This document shows positions 41,592 to 55,559 of a stretch of 64,000 nt of DNA, piece after piece (position 1 is the first letter of the stretch; every line of letters starts with the position of its first letter). The stretch lies in the NCBI GenBank assembly GCA_951406725.2, contig OX597824.1:57164001-57228000 (forward strand). The letters run 5' to 3'. The notes below the pieces were generated by a model that was not told the origin of the DNA, ran no database searches, and was given only the letters and a program-made list of their open reading frames with translations. The translations under genes were made by a program, and so were the position numbers. The DNA is from Octopus vulgaris. Taxonomy: Eukaryota.

Positions 41592-42004
41592 TAGGCGAAA
41601 GTGTGGCTGTGTGGTAAGAAGCTTGTTCCCCAAAGACGTGCTTCCGGGTTCAGTCTCACTGCATGGCACCTTGCGTGACTTCTACTATAGCGTGGGGCCG
41701 ACCAAAGCCTTGTGAGTGAATCTGGTAGACGGAAACTGAAAGAAACCCGTCGTATATATATATATATATATATATATACATACAAATGTGTGTATATATT
41801 TGTCTGTGTTTGTTTCCTCACCAGCGCTTGACAACCGATGTTGGTGTGTTTACGTTCCCGTAACATAGCGGTTCGGCAAAAGAGAGCGATAGAATAAGTG
41901 CTAAGCTTACAAAGAATAAGTCCTGGGGTAGACTTGTTTGACTAAAGTCGGTGCTCCTGCATAGCCGCAGTCAAGTGACTGAAATGAGTAAAAAGTAAAA
42001 GAAT
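41592..42004 (+). mobile_element. SINE family A, full length
   Basis: ggcgaaagtgtggctgtgtggtaagaagcttg ... gactgaaatgagtaaaaag. Confidence 0.9.
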
Positions 42005-42006
42005 AT

Positions 42007-42044
<38 letters not shown>

Positions 42045-42048
<4 letters not shown>

Positions 42049-42157
42049 CCGTGACCCACCAGACTATCAGATGTTGCTACACATCGCTGGTCACAATGCG
42101 CTTCGCACTGTTTTAGCCTTCAAATAACGCCACCCCGCTGGCTAAGCGAGCAGGCCA
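42045..42157 (-). mobile_element. SINE family C, 3' fragment
   Basis: atcagatgttgctacacatcgctggtcacaatgcgcttcgc. Confidence 0.8.
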
Positions 42158-42421
42158 TACATATATATAATGTATATTCACATATATATCTATATCTATC
42201 TATCTATCTATATATCTATATATCTATCTATACATACATACCTACTTACATACCTACCTACATACATACGTACATACATACCTACATACATACCTACATA
42301 CATACATACATACCTACCTACCTACCTACCTACCTACCTACATACATACATACATACATACATACATACATACATACATACATACATACACACATACATG
42401 CATACATACATACATACATAT

Positions 42422-42469
<48 letters not shown>

Positions 42470-42471
42470 CT

Positions 42472-43505
42472 TAGGTGTTGTCAAGTATGAAATTTGTAGA
42501 AAAGAAAAAATGTTTCCCAATGTTTTATAAATACATGGAATAGTTTTATTCATCAAAGTATGCACCCATATTGTCAATACATTTTTGCCATTTCAGCGGT
42601 AGCTTGTCCAGCCCGGAATTGTAGAAGCCTGGCAATATAGAGTCAATAAAATCTTGGAAGGCCTGTTTTATATCATTATCGGAATTAATTTTTTTTTCCT
42701 ATCAAAGTTATTCAAATTCTGGAAGAAGCCGTAGTCAGCGGGGGCAAAATCAAGTGAGTATGGTGGATGATGGAGAACTTCCAACTCCAACACCTGCAGT
42801 TTCACCAATGTGATTTTGCGATGTGAGGTGTGGCGTTGTTTTGCAATAAGATGCAATAATCTAGACTGCTTTTTGTAAGTTTCTGCATCATTTGGTCCAG
42901 TTGGCTGCAGTATACTTTGGCCGTGATTGATGAGCCAGGTTTAATGAAATCATAATGGATCCCACCTGCGCCAGATCATCAAACACACACCACCAGCTTC
43001 TTTTGATGAATTCTGCTTTTTGGACTGTGTTTTGGTGAACGTTTACGATTGTTGTATTGGGTCCATTTATCATCACATATTACAATTCGATTTTAAAATG
43101 ATTTATTTTTGTAACGAGAAAGTAGGATAATGCAAGCTTCCATTCGTTGCTCCTTTGTGGGGTCAAAGTTACCAGAACGAAATTTTGCAAACCAATTTGC
43201 TACTGTCTGCTGTGTAATAACATTACAATGAAATACTCCATCAATATTCCGAGCTGACTGTGATGCTGTATTTCCAAGAAAGAACTCATATTTCAAAACT
43301 AGGAATTTCCGACTTATCCATCTCTAAACAAAAATAGTAAAAAACGATTTATAAATAGTTTATAAAGCGCAAAATGAGTTATAATAAATAGATGTGTCAG
43401 ATTTCTAACAAAAGATAAAGCTTGTCAAAATATAATAATGGCTCAAAATGAGCAACTCTCAAAGTTTACCATATACCTTACTACAAATTTCATACTTGAC
43501 GACCT
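42472..43505 (-). mobile_element. Mariner element, internally deleted and decayed
   Basis: TIRs gtcaagtatgaaatttgtag / ctacaaatttcatacttgac; motifs YEFFLGNTASQSARNI, WFAKFRSGNFD, HPPYSLDFAPADY. Confidence 0.88.
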
Positions 43506-43657
43506 TCTCCCTGTTTATTTCTGTGTTCCTTTCTGTGGAAGAGCGTAGGCTAGAAACGTTAAAGACGTTTCCACTTCCCGAGCGTTAAACTAGTACACCA
43601 CCTGTCTTTGTCTTTTGTTTTTTTTTTGTGAATTCTCCCTATAAATATATAATAATA

Positions 43658-43876
43658 CCTATTTCTTTATTACCCACAAGGGGCTAAACATAGAAGGGAC
43701 AAACATAGGTATTAAGTCGATTACATCGACCCCAGTGTGTAACTGGTACTTAATTTATCGACCCCGAAAGGATGAAAGGCAAAGTCGACCTCGGCGGAAT
43801 TCGAACTCAGAACGTAACGACAGACGAAATGTCGCTAAGCATTTCGCCCGGCGCGCTAACGCTTCTGCCAGCTCGC
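43658..43876 (-). mobile_element. SINE family B
   Basis: Reverse complement of the 7669 copy. Confidence 0.88.
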
Positions 43877-43999
43877 AGAATATATAATATATAATAATAC
43901 CATTGCATGTTTCCATATACTTGCAGAGGCACATATACATATAATCATATAAATTGTTATATTATGTTGTAAAGAAAGTTCTGTCACATTTCAAGACGG

Positions 44000-44175
44000 A
44001 ATAAGGAACAAGTCTTTCTTTGATTTTAATTGATGTACTTCATCAAGATATTTCTCCTCATTATTGATACCCTAACCCCATCTGATTTGTAAATCGTTCA
44101 TCTCTCAGGCATGAAATCCCTCAGGGTTGAAGCGAAGAAAGACTCAACGTTGTTTTTGACATCTTCACAGTTAAC
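44000..44175 (-). mobile_element. Mariner C-terminal remnant
   Basis: Minus strand EDVKNNVESFFAS. Confidence 0.45.
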
Positions 44176-44793
44176 TCACATGCGAGAATTTTGACTGGCG
44201 ACTGTTGGTGGCGCCACCTATGGTTGCTTTCGGAGTAAGAGACGGAGAGAAAGAGAGTTTTCTGCGAAATAGAAGGGCAGTAGAATTTTCCCTCTAGAGG
44301 AGAAAACCGCGCAGAGAATATAATCTTTTGTTTTTCATTAGCTTTATTATTAGGCGAGGTCATTTTCTAATCCATGCAATTAATTTTTTCCTATTTTGGG
44401 TCTTCAAGTAACTACAAATAACGCTATTTCGTTCTCATTGGAGCTTATCAAGGCAACATAACTTGGGATTAAGAAACTAGTTGGTCTATGTTCATTTAAA
44501 ACGGTTAGGAATTGTTATTTTTTGTCTTTCTTACTCTCTTGACAGTGGAGAAAAAGAGTGAATTGATAGAGGCGGAGCAATGAAAGCCCAGATTCATTCA
44601 AAATCAAAATTAACATTATACACAAGTATGATAGATATTTTCTATTTTCTTTACTTTTAACAGTGGAGAGGCGAATTAAGAAAGAGATTGAATGATAGAA
44701 AGAGGGAGAACTTCTTACGTGTTTAGGATTTTATTCTGGGAGTCTTTGAAGTATCTTATTTTATTTCTCCCATTTATTATTATTATTATTACA

Positions 44794-44824
<31 letters not shown>

Positions 44825-44858
44825 TATTATTACTATTATCATTATTATTGTTGTTGTT

Positions 44859-44935
<77 letters not shown>

Positions 44936-44937
<2 letters not shown>

Positions 44938-47900
44938 TTTTGACTTTTGCTTTATATTTCTACAAATTGGCTCCAAGTCTCACCCAGAGACCTCAAGAGA
45001 CAACAGGTTGGAAGTTCATGTTGTTGTTATGCCTAGTGTGCCATATATTTGCCTTTTTTGTGTGTTGTACTAGTGAATGTCCAAAAAAAAAAAAAACGAA
45101 AATTATGTTTGTTTTAAACCCTGAGATTACATAGAAAGTATTTTGCGTAGGATATGAGCAGTTCCCATGAGCACTATCTTTTGAATTTCTGCCCTTTTTG
45201 GGTTTCCTGGTATCTGAGTTAGGTAGCGATCAGCCCCTTTTGCTATCATTCCCAGGGCACCTATGACAACAGGTATTGTTTTAGTCTTCAGGTTCCACAT
45301 TTTGCTGATTTCTATTTCAAGATCTTTATATTTGCTCAGTTTTTGGTAGGTCTTGACAGATACGTTTATATCGATTGGGACAGTCATATCAATGAGGAGG
45401 CATGTTCTTTGTTTGAAGTCTTTCAATATGATGTCTGGCCTTTTTGCATCTATCTTTTTTGTCAGTTTGAACGGGGAGGTTCCAGAGGAGTGAGATGTGG
45501 TCATTTTCAAGCACTGGAGGTGGTTTGTGTTCCCACCAGTTTTTTTCATGGGGCAAATCCAGGTTTTTGCAGATTACACAGTGAATATATTGTGCAGCTC
45601 TATCATGCCTGTTGAGATACTCTGTAGGCGCTAGAAGACTGCACTTGGAGACAACATGATCAATGGTTTCATTTTGTTGTTGACATACACGACATGTTGG
45701 GCTACTGCCGTTCTTCAATATGTTGGCCTGGTAGTTCCTTGTTGGTAGGCATTGATCTTGAGCTGCTATGATGAACCCTTCTGTTTCAGATTTTAAGCCA
45801 GAGGCCATTAGCCATTGATGGGTCAGGGCTTTGTCAACATCTGCATTATTCGCTCTCTTTGGGTATTTGCCATTGAGAGGTTTTTCTTGCCATTTATCAT
45901 TCAGAATATCTAAGGCAGCAGTTTTAGCACGGGTTTTCATGCGTTTAGCTTTTTCTGTGCTTGTTTCTTGTATGTCTAATTCCGAAATTTGTTGTATTCG
46001 GAATTCACTTAGATATTCCTTTGCCTGTTTTGTTACTGAGTATGATGCTTTCTTGTTTTCATGTTTTGAGACAGGTTTTAACATATAGTCCTCAGAGTTT
46101 TTCAGGTAGGTGTCTAGGCCAATTGTAGCAATCTTCATTGTTATTGCTAGTTGTAAAAGTCCACGGGCTTCCTCTTTTCTTGGCAGATAAAGTCGTTCTA
46201 TATCTGCCTTAGGGTGGTGCATTGTATGCATTGTCAACAGTTTTCGTATTTTTCTGTCAAGATTACATATTTCAGTAATTGACCAGTTAACGATATTGAA
46301 ACTGTAAGTCACGACTGGTATGGCTAAAGCATTGATCGCTTCGATCCTGTTTCTCGCATTCAGCTCTGTCTTGAGTATTGCGCTTTCTCTGCGATGACAT
46401 TCTCTCCTGATCTTTTCCTTCATCACTGAATACCTTATTCCGCCCCCCCTTCAATTACCCCTAGGTACTTGTAACTCTCCGCTGGGTCTAACTCTTTTAT
46501 GACATGCTGCTGGTCAAGGTTACCGTTAGATGTTTCTGTCATTTTTTCTTTGATAAAGGTAGCTTTTGCACATTTATCGAGGCCAAATTGCATTCTGATG
46601 TCATCACTGAATTGTTTAACAATCGCTAGTAAGCCCTTGAGTTGTTGGTCATGTTTTGCAAAGAGCTTTAAACCATCCATGTAAATGAGATGATTTATAT
46701 TTTTATCAAACATTTTATATCCGTACTGCGCGTCATTGAGCAGTTTTGAAAGAGGTATTAAGGCTAAACAAAAGAGGAGTGGTGATAGTGAGTCACCCTG
46801 GAAAATGCCACATGAATTTTTACATCACCAGCCTTTTTATATTCTATCCAGGCTATTGACAAATTTTGTGTCGTTTGTGACAATCTTCTAAAATCATCTT
46901 ATTGATGAGTAGTTGATCTTTACAACCATAGGATCCACGTTTACATAATTTCTGTTCATTTGGGAATATGCTGCTGTCTGTTAAAAAACTATAGGTATAT
47001 TCCGTCAGGACAGATGTTAGCGTTTTATACATAGTTGTTAAGCAGGTTATGGGTCTATAGTTTTTGGTTCATTTGTTTCTTCACTTTTTGGAAGCCGGAC
47101 TGTTAACCCATTAGCTAGCCTAGGAGGCATCCTACTAGGGTGTTGCAAAACATCATTGTAAACTTCTGTTAGCAGTTCATGGCTCTCTGGGAAGGCATTC
47201 AACCAGAAGTTAGGAATGTTATCCTTTCCTGGAGACTTCCATTTGCTTGACCTCCTGTGAGAAAATCTTATATCTTCTACCTTGACACCCTCCTACTTTT
47301 GCTCTTCTAAGGAGTCCAGTTCTGTAGATATTCTATCAATCCAGGGGGCCTTTTCGTTGTGTTTTTTCTTCTGCCCAAATTTTATTCCCAAATCTCAGCA
47401 CTTCTTCTTTTGATGGTACAGACTTTACAGTAATTGGTATTTTTCCTATCTTCCTGTAAAAAGTTTTGGGGTTATTTTTGAACATGTTGTTGACCTTGAA
47501 GAATCTAACACGCTTTTCATACCTCGCTATGCGGGCAGCTTTAGCAGATACCTTTTGCTTGATGGCATCAATATCAAGTATAGTTTTCATATCATATTTT
47601 TTCATTAATTTTGGGGTTTTTGTAGGTTTGGTAGTCTTGTCAACCTTAAGGTTTTTCAAATACTCAATGTCAGACCTAAGTAGTTTAATTTGTTGTTGGA
47701 TTCGCTCTTGCCAAGAAGGCTTTTTGTGGGAATGTTGCAGTTTTCCAGTCTTTTCACCACATAGAATCGTCGAGATTTTCGCGGATGCATAGTATAGGTG
47801 GTTGAGATCTGTGATATCAACATCATTAGCTGAAATTATATCCTTTAGTGCAAGGCGGATTTTACCAATTATTTTCATGTTTGGTTAGAGTTGCGGATTT

Positions 47901-48170
47901 TGGGGAGTGTATCGCGTTCATCCATACTGGTTTCCTTAATTTTCAGCCATTCAATCATGATTTGATTTTTTAGCTCATGTAGTTCTGTTGGGTCAATATT
48001 TGTGTGACTTTCTTCATCTATTTAATGTTCATCTGTCTTAGTGTTTATGATTGGTTCAGGGAATATTTCTCTTTGCCTATCACTTATACTAACTCTTTCA
48101 ATCCTTACTGCGTTTTTATCAGCCCGTGCAGTTTGCGTTTGATATTCGTCACCTACGGTTTTTAGAAGCT
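44936..48170 (-). mobile_element. Dong/R4-clade non-LTR retrotransposon (RT, CCHC, REL endonuclease), decayed and 5'-truncated
   Basis: GIFQGDSLSPLLF, IYMDG(D)LKL, CRVC..ETIDHVVSKC, RHD, KRPDI..IDMTVP..KLSKY, GTAHILRK. There is an internal RT deletion at about 46830, and the 3' end abuts (TAA)n at 44772-44935. Confidence 0.9.
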
Positions 48171-49060
48171 CAATATCGATAGAACTTGGTCATCCAGATC
48201 AAGCGTAGTCTGTGAAACAAAAATATCTCGTAAGGAATTTGCCAAACTATCAACAGAATGAATATTTCTTGTTGCATATATTAAAAAGAACCCCTTTTTA
48301 ATGCATGCAGCATACAGTATCTGATGGGTAAAATCGATAGAAAATTAACCACTTAGCATTAAGTAATCTGCAAAGAAAGAAACAAAACATTAGTCAGTTA
48401 GTATTTGTGCTTATTTTCCAATAAGTATTGAAAAGGTACCCTCAAATTGATCTTGTCAATAATGCAAGAAAACTTTCTTTCCACCCTACCATAATAAATG
48501 TAATACAATTTGTAATTTTGTTATATGCTAAACGAAAAGTCCCTTTGTTGTTGACGTCTGCTCACTACGCTGCTTGGATTTTGGTGTTGCCTGGTCAGTT
48601 AATGACATCCGATATAAACTTCTATTGCATAATTAAAAAAAATGTTTACCCGCCCCTGTAAGTATATAAGTCTCATGCTTCATTTATTTATAAACAACTC
48701 AGTTGCAATGTATAATTCCAAATAATTGCATCCATTTCGTCGCAGTGCGTAGTTTCAAATCACCGACACCTGAGTTATGAGTTCAGCACGTTTCCACTGT
48801 GCCACTATGCTGAACGAGTGACTAAGCAGATACATAATGTATTATTTGTTTCATTTGTTTCTCTTACATCACTCATCATGTTATTTCCTTTATTTATTTC
48901 TCTGCATTGGATTGCTTCAAATGTACGAAATATAGTAATTACACACTACATGCTGCAGCTCTGAGATGTTAATTTACTGGAAGGTAAATTCACTCTGTCG
49001 ATACTCCGAGAGCCGAATTTGACAAACTAATTGCATAGATCTATGCAAAAGAAATTTTCA

Positions 49061-49713
49061 GGTCAAACTCCAATGTTTGACCCGAGCAAAAAAAAAACAG
49101 AAAGTGCAGTAGGTGCAAAACAACATGTAGTAAACGAATATGAAAAAAAATGGGCGCTGGCGAACGGGGGGCGAGAGAGAGGACTCGAAAAATTAATATC
49201 GGGAATGTTCCAAGTCATCTCACCACTTCCCCGTTCGTCGGCGAAATGTTTTTTCTTCATATTCGCTTACTACACATTATTTTATACCTAGCAAACTATT
49301 TTCTCTTTAATTTTTGTGAAAGGGGTGGGTGGGGTGCGGACTCGGATAATTCACACGATCCAGTAACCCCACTTCGACACCCGGTCACAAAAATGAAAAA
49401 GAATAGTCTAATAGGTGTAAAACAACATGTAGTAAACGATTATGAAAAAGAAAAATGCTCGCTGGCGAATGGGGTGGGGAGGACCAGGACAATTCACACG
49501 ATCCGATTTTTTCCCTACAGAAAATAGATACTCTTCCCAACCACACAGTTCAGGGTTCAGCCCCACTGCATGGTACCTTGGGCAAGTGAATTTTCCGAGT
49601 CATCTCCCCCGCCCCCGTTTTCCACCTCGCATTTTTTTCATATTCGTTTACTACATGTTATTTTATACCTATTGCACAATTCTTTTGCTCGGGTCAAACA
49701 CTGGAGTATGACC
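49061..49713. mobile_element. Long-TIR foldback MITE (Mutator-like?) with four alternating arms
   Basis: Outer TIR ggtcaaactccaatgtttgacccgagcaaaa / ttttgctcgggtcaaacactggagtatgacc; possible degenerate TSD aattttca / aatttccc. Confidence 0.7.
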
Positions 49714-50215
49714 AATTTCCCTGAGTGTTTCTTCATTTACCATTTTCAGATCAACTAGAAGTAAATCAATTCTGCTTCCTCAGCGCAGCATAGTAAGCCA
49801 GCTTGTTAGTATAGTATATGATACAGTATAATTTAATATATAGTTTAATACTATATAGTACAAGAGAATATATAAATATAATGTAATAAAATGTGATATA
49901 ATATAATACGTGTGTATTTGCTTCCGTGAATATACTCAGTACTGTTGTACATATGTATTAAAAAGCGTTTATTCCTGCACTCCTTGACTTTATGCCTGAT
50001 TCAATGGTATGCGTTACGCCTACTGTTGCCTTAAAAAAGTCAAATCTTGTATCATGTGCACGGAAACCAACAAGGGGGGGGGTAACTTTTAGATTTATTC
50101 AGTACAACCTTACTCTTGTGTATGTGTGTTATATCTTATATATTACGATCGAAGCAATATAATTTTCATACATAGAATACCATTTAAAGGAAATTATATG
50201 GTTAACACACACACT

Positions 50216-50275
<60 letters not shown>

Positions 50276-50399
50276 TATATACATACATATACATACAGGC
50301 ATTTATATTCATACATGTGTATACTAGTACACGCGAGCGCACACACATACACTCATGTACACGCACACGTACAGGTGGAAACGAAATTCTGTCGCATTT

Positions 50400-51575
50400 T
50401 GAACATATTTTTTCTTTCAAATGATTGATTTTCTTTGCAGACTACTTTATACTACAATGGTTACATTTGTATCGGTTACACTCTTTGGAAATGAGTTTAG
50501 ATCAGACTCATATCAGACACTGCATGGTGTATGAATTCAAAAGGCACCCGTTAGCAATGGAAGCAGTAAGAAATATTCTTTCTGTCGATGGAAATGAAGC
50601 TTTAAGTATCCGGACATGCGAAAGATGGTTTGGTCAATCGTGTACGAAAAATATTTCTCTCGCAGATCCCACTCGATTTGGACGACCAAGTTTTGCTAAT
50701 ATTGAGGTTTGAAAGCCTTACATGAGGAAAATTAAAGGCAAACTGCACGAGTATTATCGGAACAGCTCAATTCTAGTCATACTTCGATCGAAATACACCT
50801 TCATGAACGAGGAAAAGTGTCTAAATTTGGTTAGTGAGTCCTTCATCGTCTGACTGTTTCTCAGTTTAATCAATATGTTGTATTTTCGTCACTGAAAAGC
50901 AAACTTGCGACCGAAGCGTTCTTGGGTAGGAATCATCGCAAGCAATGAAAGGCGGGTTCGGTATGATCATATCCAACGAAAGTGACAATGGTTAGTAACA
51001 ATAATAAAAAAAAAAGAGTATCCATACTCAAACCAGCACTATACGCGAAAAAACTTATTTTCTGTTATGTATTCAGTCTTGTTACACCAAAATGAAATAG
51101 TTAATCCAGGATAGTATTGTCATCAACTGGAAGCATAGCAGAAAATTTTGGAGAAAAAGCGACCGTTATTGGTCAATCGTAAAAAAGCTGCTATTCTTAC
51201 ACAATAAAGCAAAATAACATTTCGACCAAATCATTACAGAAAAGATTATGGCACTAAATCTAGTAGTTCTGCCCCATTCTTCTTACTCTTCTGATCTTAC
51301 TTCATCTAATTTATTATCTTTCCAGAACATTGTACCATTATTAACAAGGAGAACAGTTTATCAATTATGGTGCAGTTAAGAACTATATTGAGTGTTTCTT
51401 TGCTTCGAAACCTGAAGAATTTTATGCTCGATCGATAAATAATTTACCAAATAAATGGAATTATGTTATCAATAAAAGGGAAAATATCTTGATTACATAT
51501 ATCAATTAAGACTAATGAATCATTTGTTTCTTTGAGACTAAAAGAAACAATATAACTAAATTAGTCTACCTTAAT
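50400..51575 (+). mobile_element. Decayed mariner transposase
   Basis: HIRHCMVYEFK..EAVRNI..ALSIRTCERWF...GRP, and a later PHSSYSSDL motif. Confidence 0.8.
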
Positions 51576-52160
51576 TGCCCTTCACTCGACGACAGAATGA
51601 ATGACTTAATAGCGGTGCATAAATAACTGTTGTAATAACAACACGAATCTAGGCATGGGCTTTAATGTATATTTTACATGTGCGTCACATGCTGTATAAA
51701 TGTGTGACATTGTGTATGCGTATATGTAAGCATCTAAGCGGTTGTATGCGTGGTTCGTATTTTTCTATGATTGTGTGTTTATTTATACGAACGTCTATTT
51801 CTGTATATGCGGCGGTCGAAGATGTTTTAGAAATGTACAAGTGATAGAAATATTTAACAAACGCACTTACACAAACACACATACAGACAAATACATCCAT
51901 AAACTTGAAATAAGAATCAATAATAAAATACAAGAAGATTCTCAATACGACTAATGGCGTCATAAAAACAAGAGCAAAACACAAAATGGCGGCTTGAATT
52001 TCAAAAGATATTTTTATTGAGCTTCTTTTTGATTAAAATAGAGGAATGTCTTTTATGTACGTATGTATGTCTTTTATGTATGTATGTATGTATGTATGTA
52101 TGTATGTATGTATGTATGTATGTATGTATGTATGTATGTACGCATGCATGTATGTATGTG

Positions 52161-52204
<44 letters not shown>

Positions 52205-52252
52205 TATATGCATGTATGCACATATATATATGTATATATGCATATATGTATA

Positions 52253-52457
52253 CAGTAATCCCTCGACTATCGTGGGTGTTACGTCCCAAAACCCCAACAG
52301 AAATAATTAAAATCTAAAAAAGTTATAAATACCTATCGGCTGCAGAAACCCGGATATATTGAGGAAGCCGCGATATAACCTTACATTTATTAACCAGAAA
52401 AATCCGCGATACACTAAGTGCTCGATAGATGAACCGCGATATGGCGAGGGGTTACTC
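52253..52457. mobile_element. pogo/Tigger-like MITE
   Basis: TA|CAGTAATCCCTCG ... CGAGGGGTTACTC|TA. Confidence 0.75.
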
Positions 52458-52491
52458 TATATGTGTGTAAATATATGTATCAATGTATGTA

Positions 52492-52722
52492 TAGGCGGCG
52501 TGTGGCAGAAACGTCAGCACGCTGGGCGAAATGCGTAGCCGTATTTCGTCTGTCGTTACGTTCTGAGTTCAAATTCCGCCGAGGTCAACTTTGCCTTTCA
52601 TCCTTTCGGGGTCGATAAATAAAGTACCAGTTTCGCACTGGGGTCGATATAATTGACTTAATCCCTTTGACTGTCCTTTTTTGTCTTCTCTATGTTTAGC
52701 CTCCTGTGGGTAGTAAAGAAAT
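52492..52722 (+). mobile_element. SINE family B, full length
   Basis: ggcggcgtgtggcagaaacg ... ctttgcctttcatcctttcggggtcgataaa ... gggtagtaaagaaata. Confidence 0.9.
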
Positions 52723-53129
52723 ATATACGTATCAATGTATGTACGCATGTTGTATGCTCGTATGTGCATATGTTTATATGTATATGTATGTATTTGCGAA
52801 TTATATATATATATATATATATACAAAGATGTATGTATATATATATGTATCTATGTACGTACGTATGTTTGTATGTATATGTGTATGTATGTATGTATGT
52901 ATGTATGTATGTATGCATGTATGTATGACTATGAGTTCTCTGGTTGGCCCACACACCCTGTTACACAAAGTGTACGAGAGAATATGCTTGATATCACAAC
53001 GGTAGCTGTGGGTCCTCCATGACCGTACTTTTGATAAATAGACATCACCACACTGCATGTATGTATGAGTGCATACATGTGTGCATACATGTCTATATAT
53101 ATGTTTTCTTTTTCTCTTTTTCATTCAGA

Positions 53130-53460
53130 GTTAATTTTGACAAGCCACTTGCTTGGTAGCAATGTTGTAGAAGAAGACATCCTGCTGTTTTTTAATGTAA
53201 GGAATCTTGTAATATGTTCCTTAATTTTGTTCCGAAATATGAAGCAGTCAGCAAAGAATCTTTTCCAGTTCACTATTAAATAGGTTTGGAAATGATTATC
53301 AAAAGTAGTTCTGGACAATGTAAAGATTTTTATTCCAGGTGCCTCATTACAAGAGTTGCATTTGTCACCATCGCTGTGCCTTGAACTCGTAGATAAAATT
53401 TATTGTCAACATCATATATTGAGCCAAACGATACCTCTCAATTCTACATCAGTCATCACA
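53130..53460 (-). mobile_element. Penelope-like RT fragment
   Basis: Minus strand FYLRVQGTAM..ATLVMRHLE and WKRFFADCFIF. Confidence 0.65.
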
Positions 53461-54389
53461 TCTCTGTAATGTAAATGTGCACAAACAACAAACTAAAGGT
53501 TCATCTTTTCAATGATGGTAAGCATCAACACATTTGTGCAAATGGAAAATTCAAAATATTCCTTTTTTTACAAAATATAAGATGAAAATGGTCAACTACA
53601 AAATGCAAAAGAAGAATATTTTATTAGAATTTTAAACCGTAAAGTAAACCGGAAATAGTTAACACCATAACAAAAAAAAAAAAAAACTAAATGAAAAGAT
53701 TACATTAGTTCGGAACACGTGTGTTTGAAAAGTTGTGAAACGAAAGCGCTTACATAGAAACTGCACATGAGACATAAAATACACCCTGTATACGGAGTTC
53801 TACCACAAAGGTTAGTAGCATTCTATTAAATAAAAATAAAATTTTAAAATAGTTAATAACTTATGAATATATACATAAAACACACACACACAAAATTATA
53901 ATTTTGACCTCACTTTCTGTTTTTTATATTTTGTTCATAATGTGAGACATCCTTCATTCTTTTATGTATTTATTTATTTACTATTGTGGTTTTTCAATAT
54001 ATTCTTTAATTTATTACTTTATAACTATTTCAACCAAAACATAAGGTTTTCGCCAAGTTCTGGTAACCAAACCATAATGAGTTTTTTCTCCTGTACGATC
54101 TGATCCCAAGACTAGAATTGTTCATTCCTATCAGAAATATAGGTTTCCGTTAGTAACTGATAGTGCTATATTAACTAATAGTATAGTTTCACATGCATAC
54201 ATATACACGCATTTAATATGTATTTCTTTCGTCTGTGAGAACAATAATAAATATTGTGCTTGCTGTTTGTCATGGAAGAGAGTAAAGCAATCATTAACGT
54301 CCCGTACATACAGCTGACTTTTATGTCGTAAGAAAGTGCAAGTAGACAGCAAGGCGGCAGGAATCATGACTAACACGCATCATATATAT

Positions 54390-54442
<53 letters not shown>

Positions 54443-54514
54443 ATGTGTGCGTGTGCGTGTGTGTATATATATATATTAAATATATTGTATATATTCTATA
54501 TTATATACATAATA

Positions 54515-54556
<42 letters not shown>

Positions 54557-54684
54557 TGTATAAGTATAAATCTATATATGTGTGTATATAGATGTATGTA
54601 TATAGACGCATGTAATAAAAGACAAGATATAGAAGGAAACAAACTCGTAAAATTGAGACGTTTATTATTGGAAGAAAAATTCGA

Positions 54685-55465
54685 ACTGTTGCCATAGTAA
54701 CGAAGCTAAAGCGCGCAGAGTGATGCCGCTTGGCACAGATTGAACTTGAACTCTGGCTCGCTTCCGCTGTTTACAGAAGTGTTTTGAAGGAATGTACGGA
54801 GCGTGTGATCGTCGCATTGACTCTGAATCTGCCTCAAATTTTGCCAAAAGCCTGGCGACACCTGTTCAGAGGCCAACGCAAAATTTCAGAAAGAGTATGG
54901 AGAGGAGTATATGAACTGAAAGAATGTCGATAGTGACAAACGTTCTGGGAGACCTGCAACCAGAAAAACATCGCAGATGTGCGTACAGCTGTGAGGAGAA
55001 ATCATCGAATCATCATCCATGAGTTATCAGAGGATGCGCAGATTAGTTAGGGTATGATGCGCGTGTCTGCCAAGTTTGTACCATAACTGCTTTCAGCTGG
55101 CAACGCACCTGCCCATTCAGTGCAGCTTGTGCACCAGTTTTTGACTAAGCACAGCATTTCCCAGGTCCGACAGCTGCCATATTCCCATGGTCTCGCCCCT
55201 TGCGACTTTTTCTTATTTCCAAAAATCAAATCCCGCTTGAAAGGAAGATTTCAGGATGTCGAGGAAATCAAAGTGAATATGACGAGGCAGCTGCTGATTA
55301 TCCCAGAAAACGAGTTCCAGGAAGCTTCTATGGGTAGAAACAGCGCTGGATTAAGTGTGTGGCTTCCTAAGGGAACTACTTTGAAGGAGATAAATGCCAT
55401 GTAGGAACGTGTTGTAGTTTAGTTTTTATAGCAGCAGTCCGGATACTTATTGATCAGACATCGTA
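54685..55465 (+). mobile_element. Mariner deletion derivative
   Basis: QLPYSHGLAPCDFFLFPKIKSRLKG; right TIR ccggatacttattgatcagacatcg|TA. Confidence 0.85.
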
Positions 55466-55501
55466 TGTATATATACATATATACACATACATATTCATAT
55501 A

Positions 55502-55559
<58 letters not shown>

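Noticed and set aside
53118-53202. Apparent plus-strand exon (ttcag|...|gtaagg)
   Set aside because: It overlaps the edge of a minus-strand Penelope RT remnant and is probably fortuitous.
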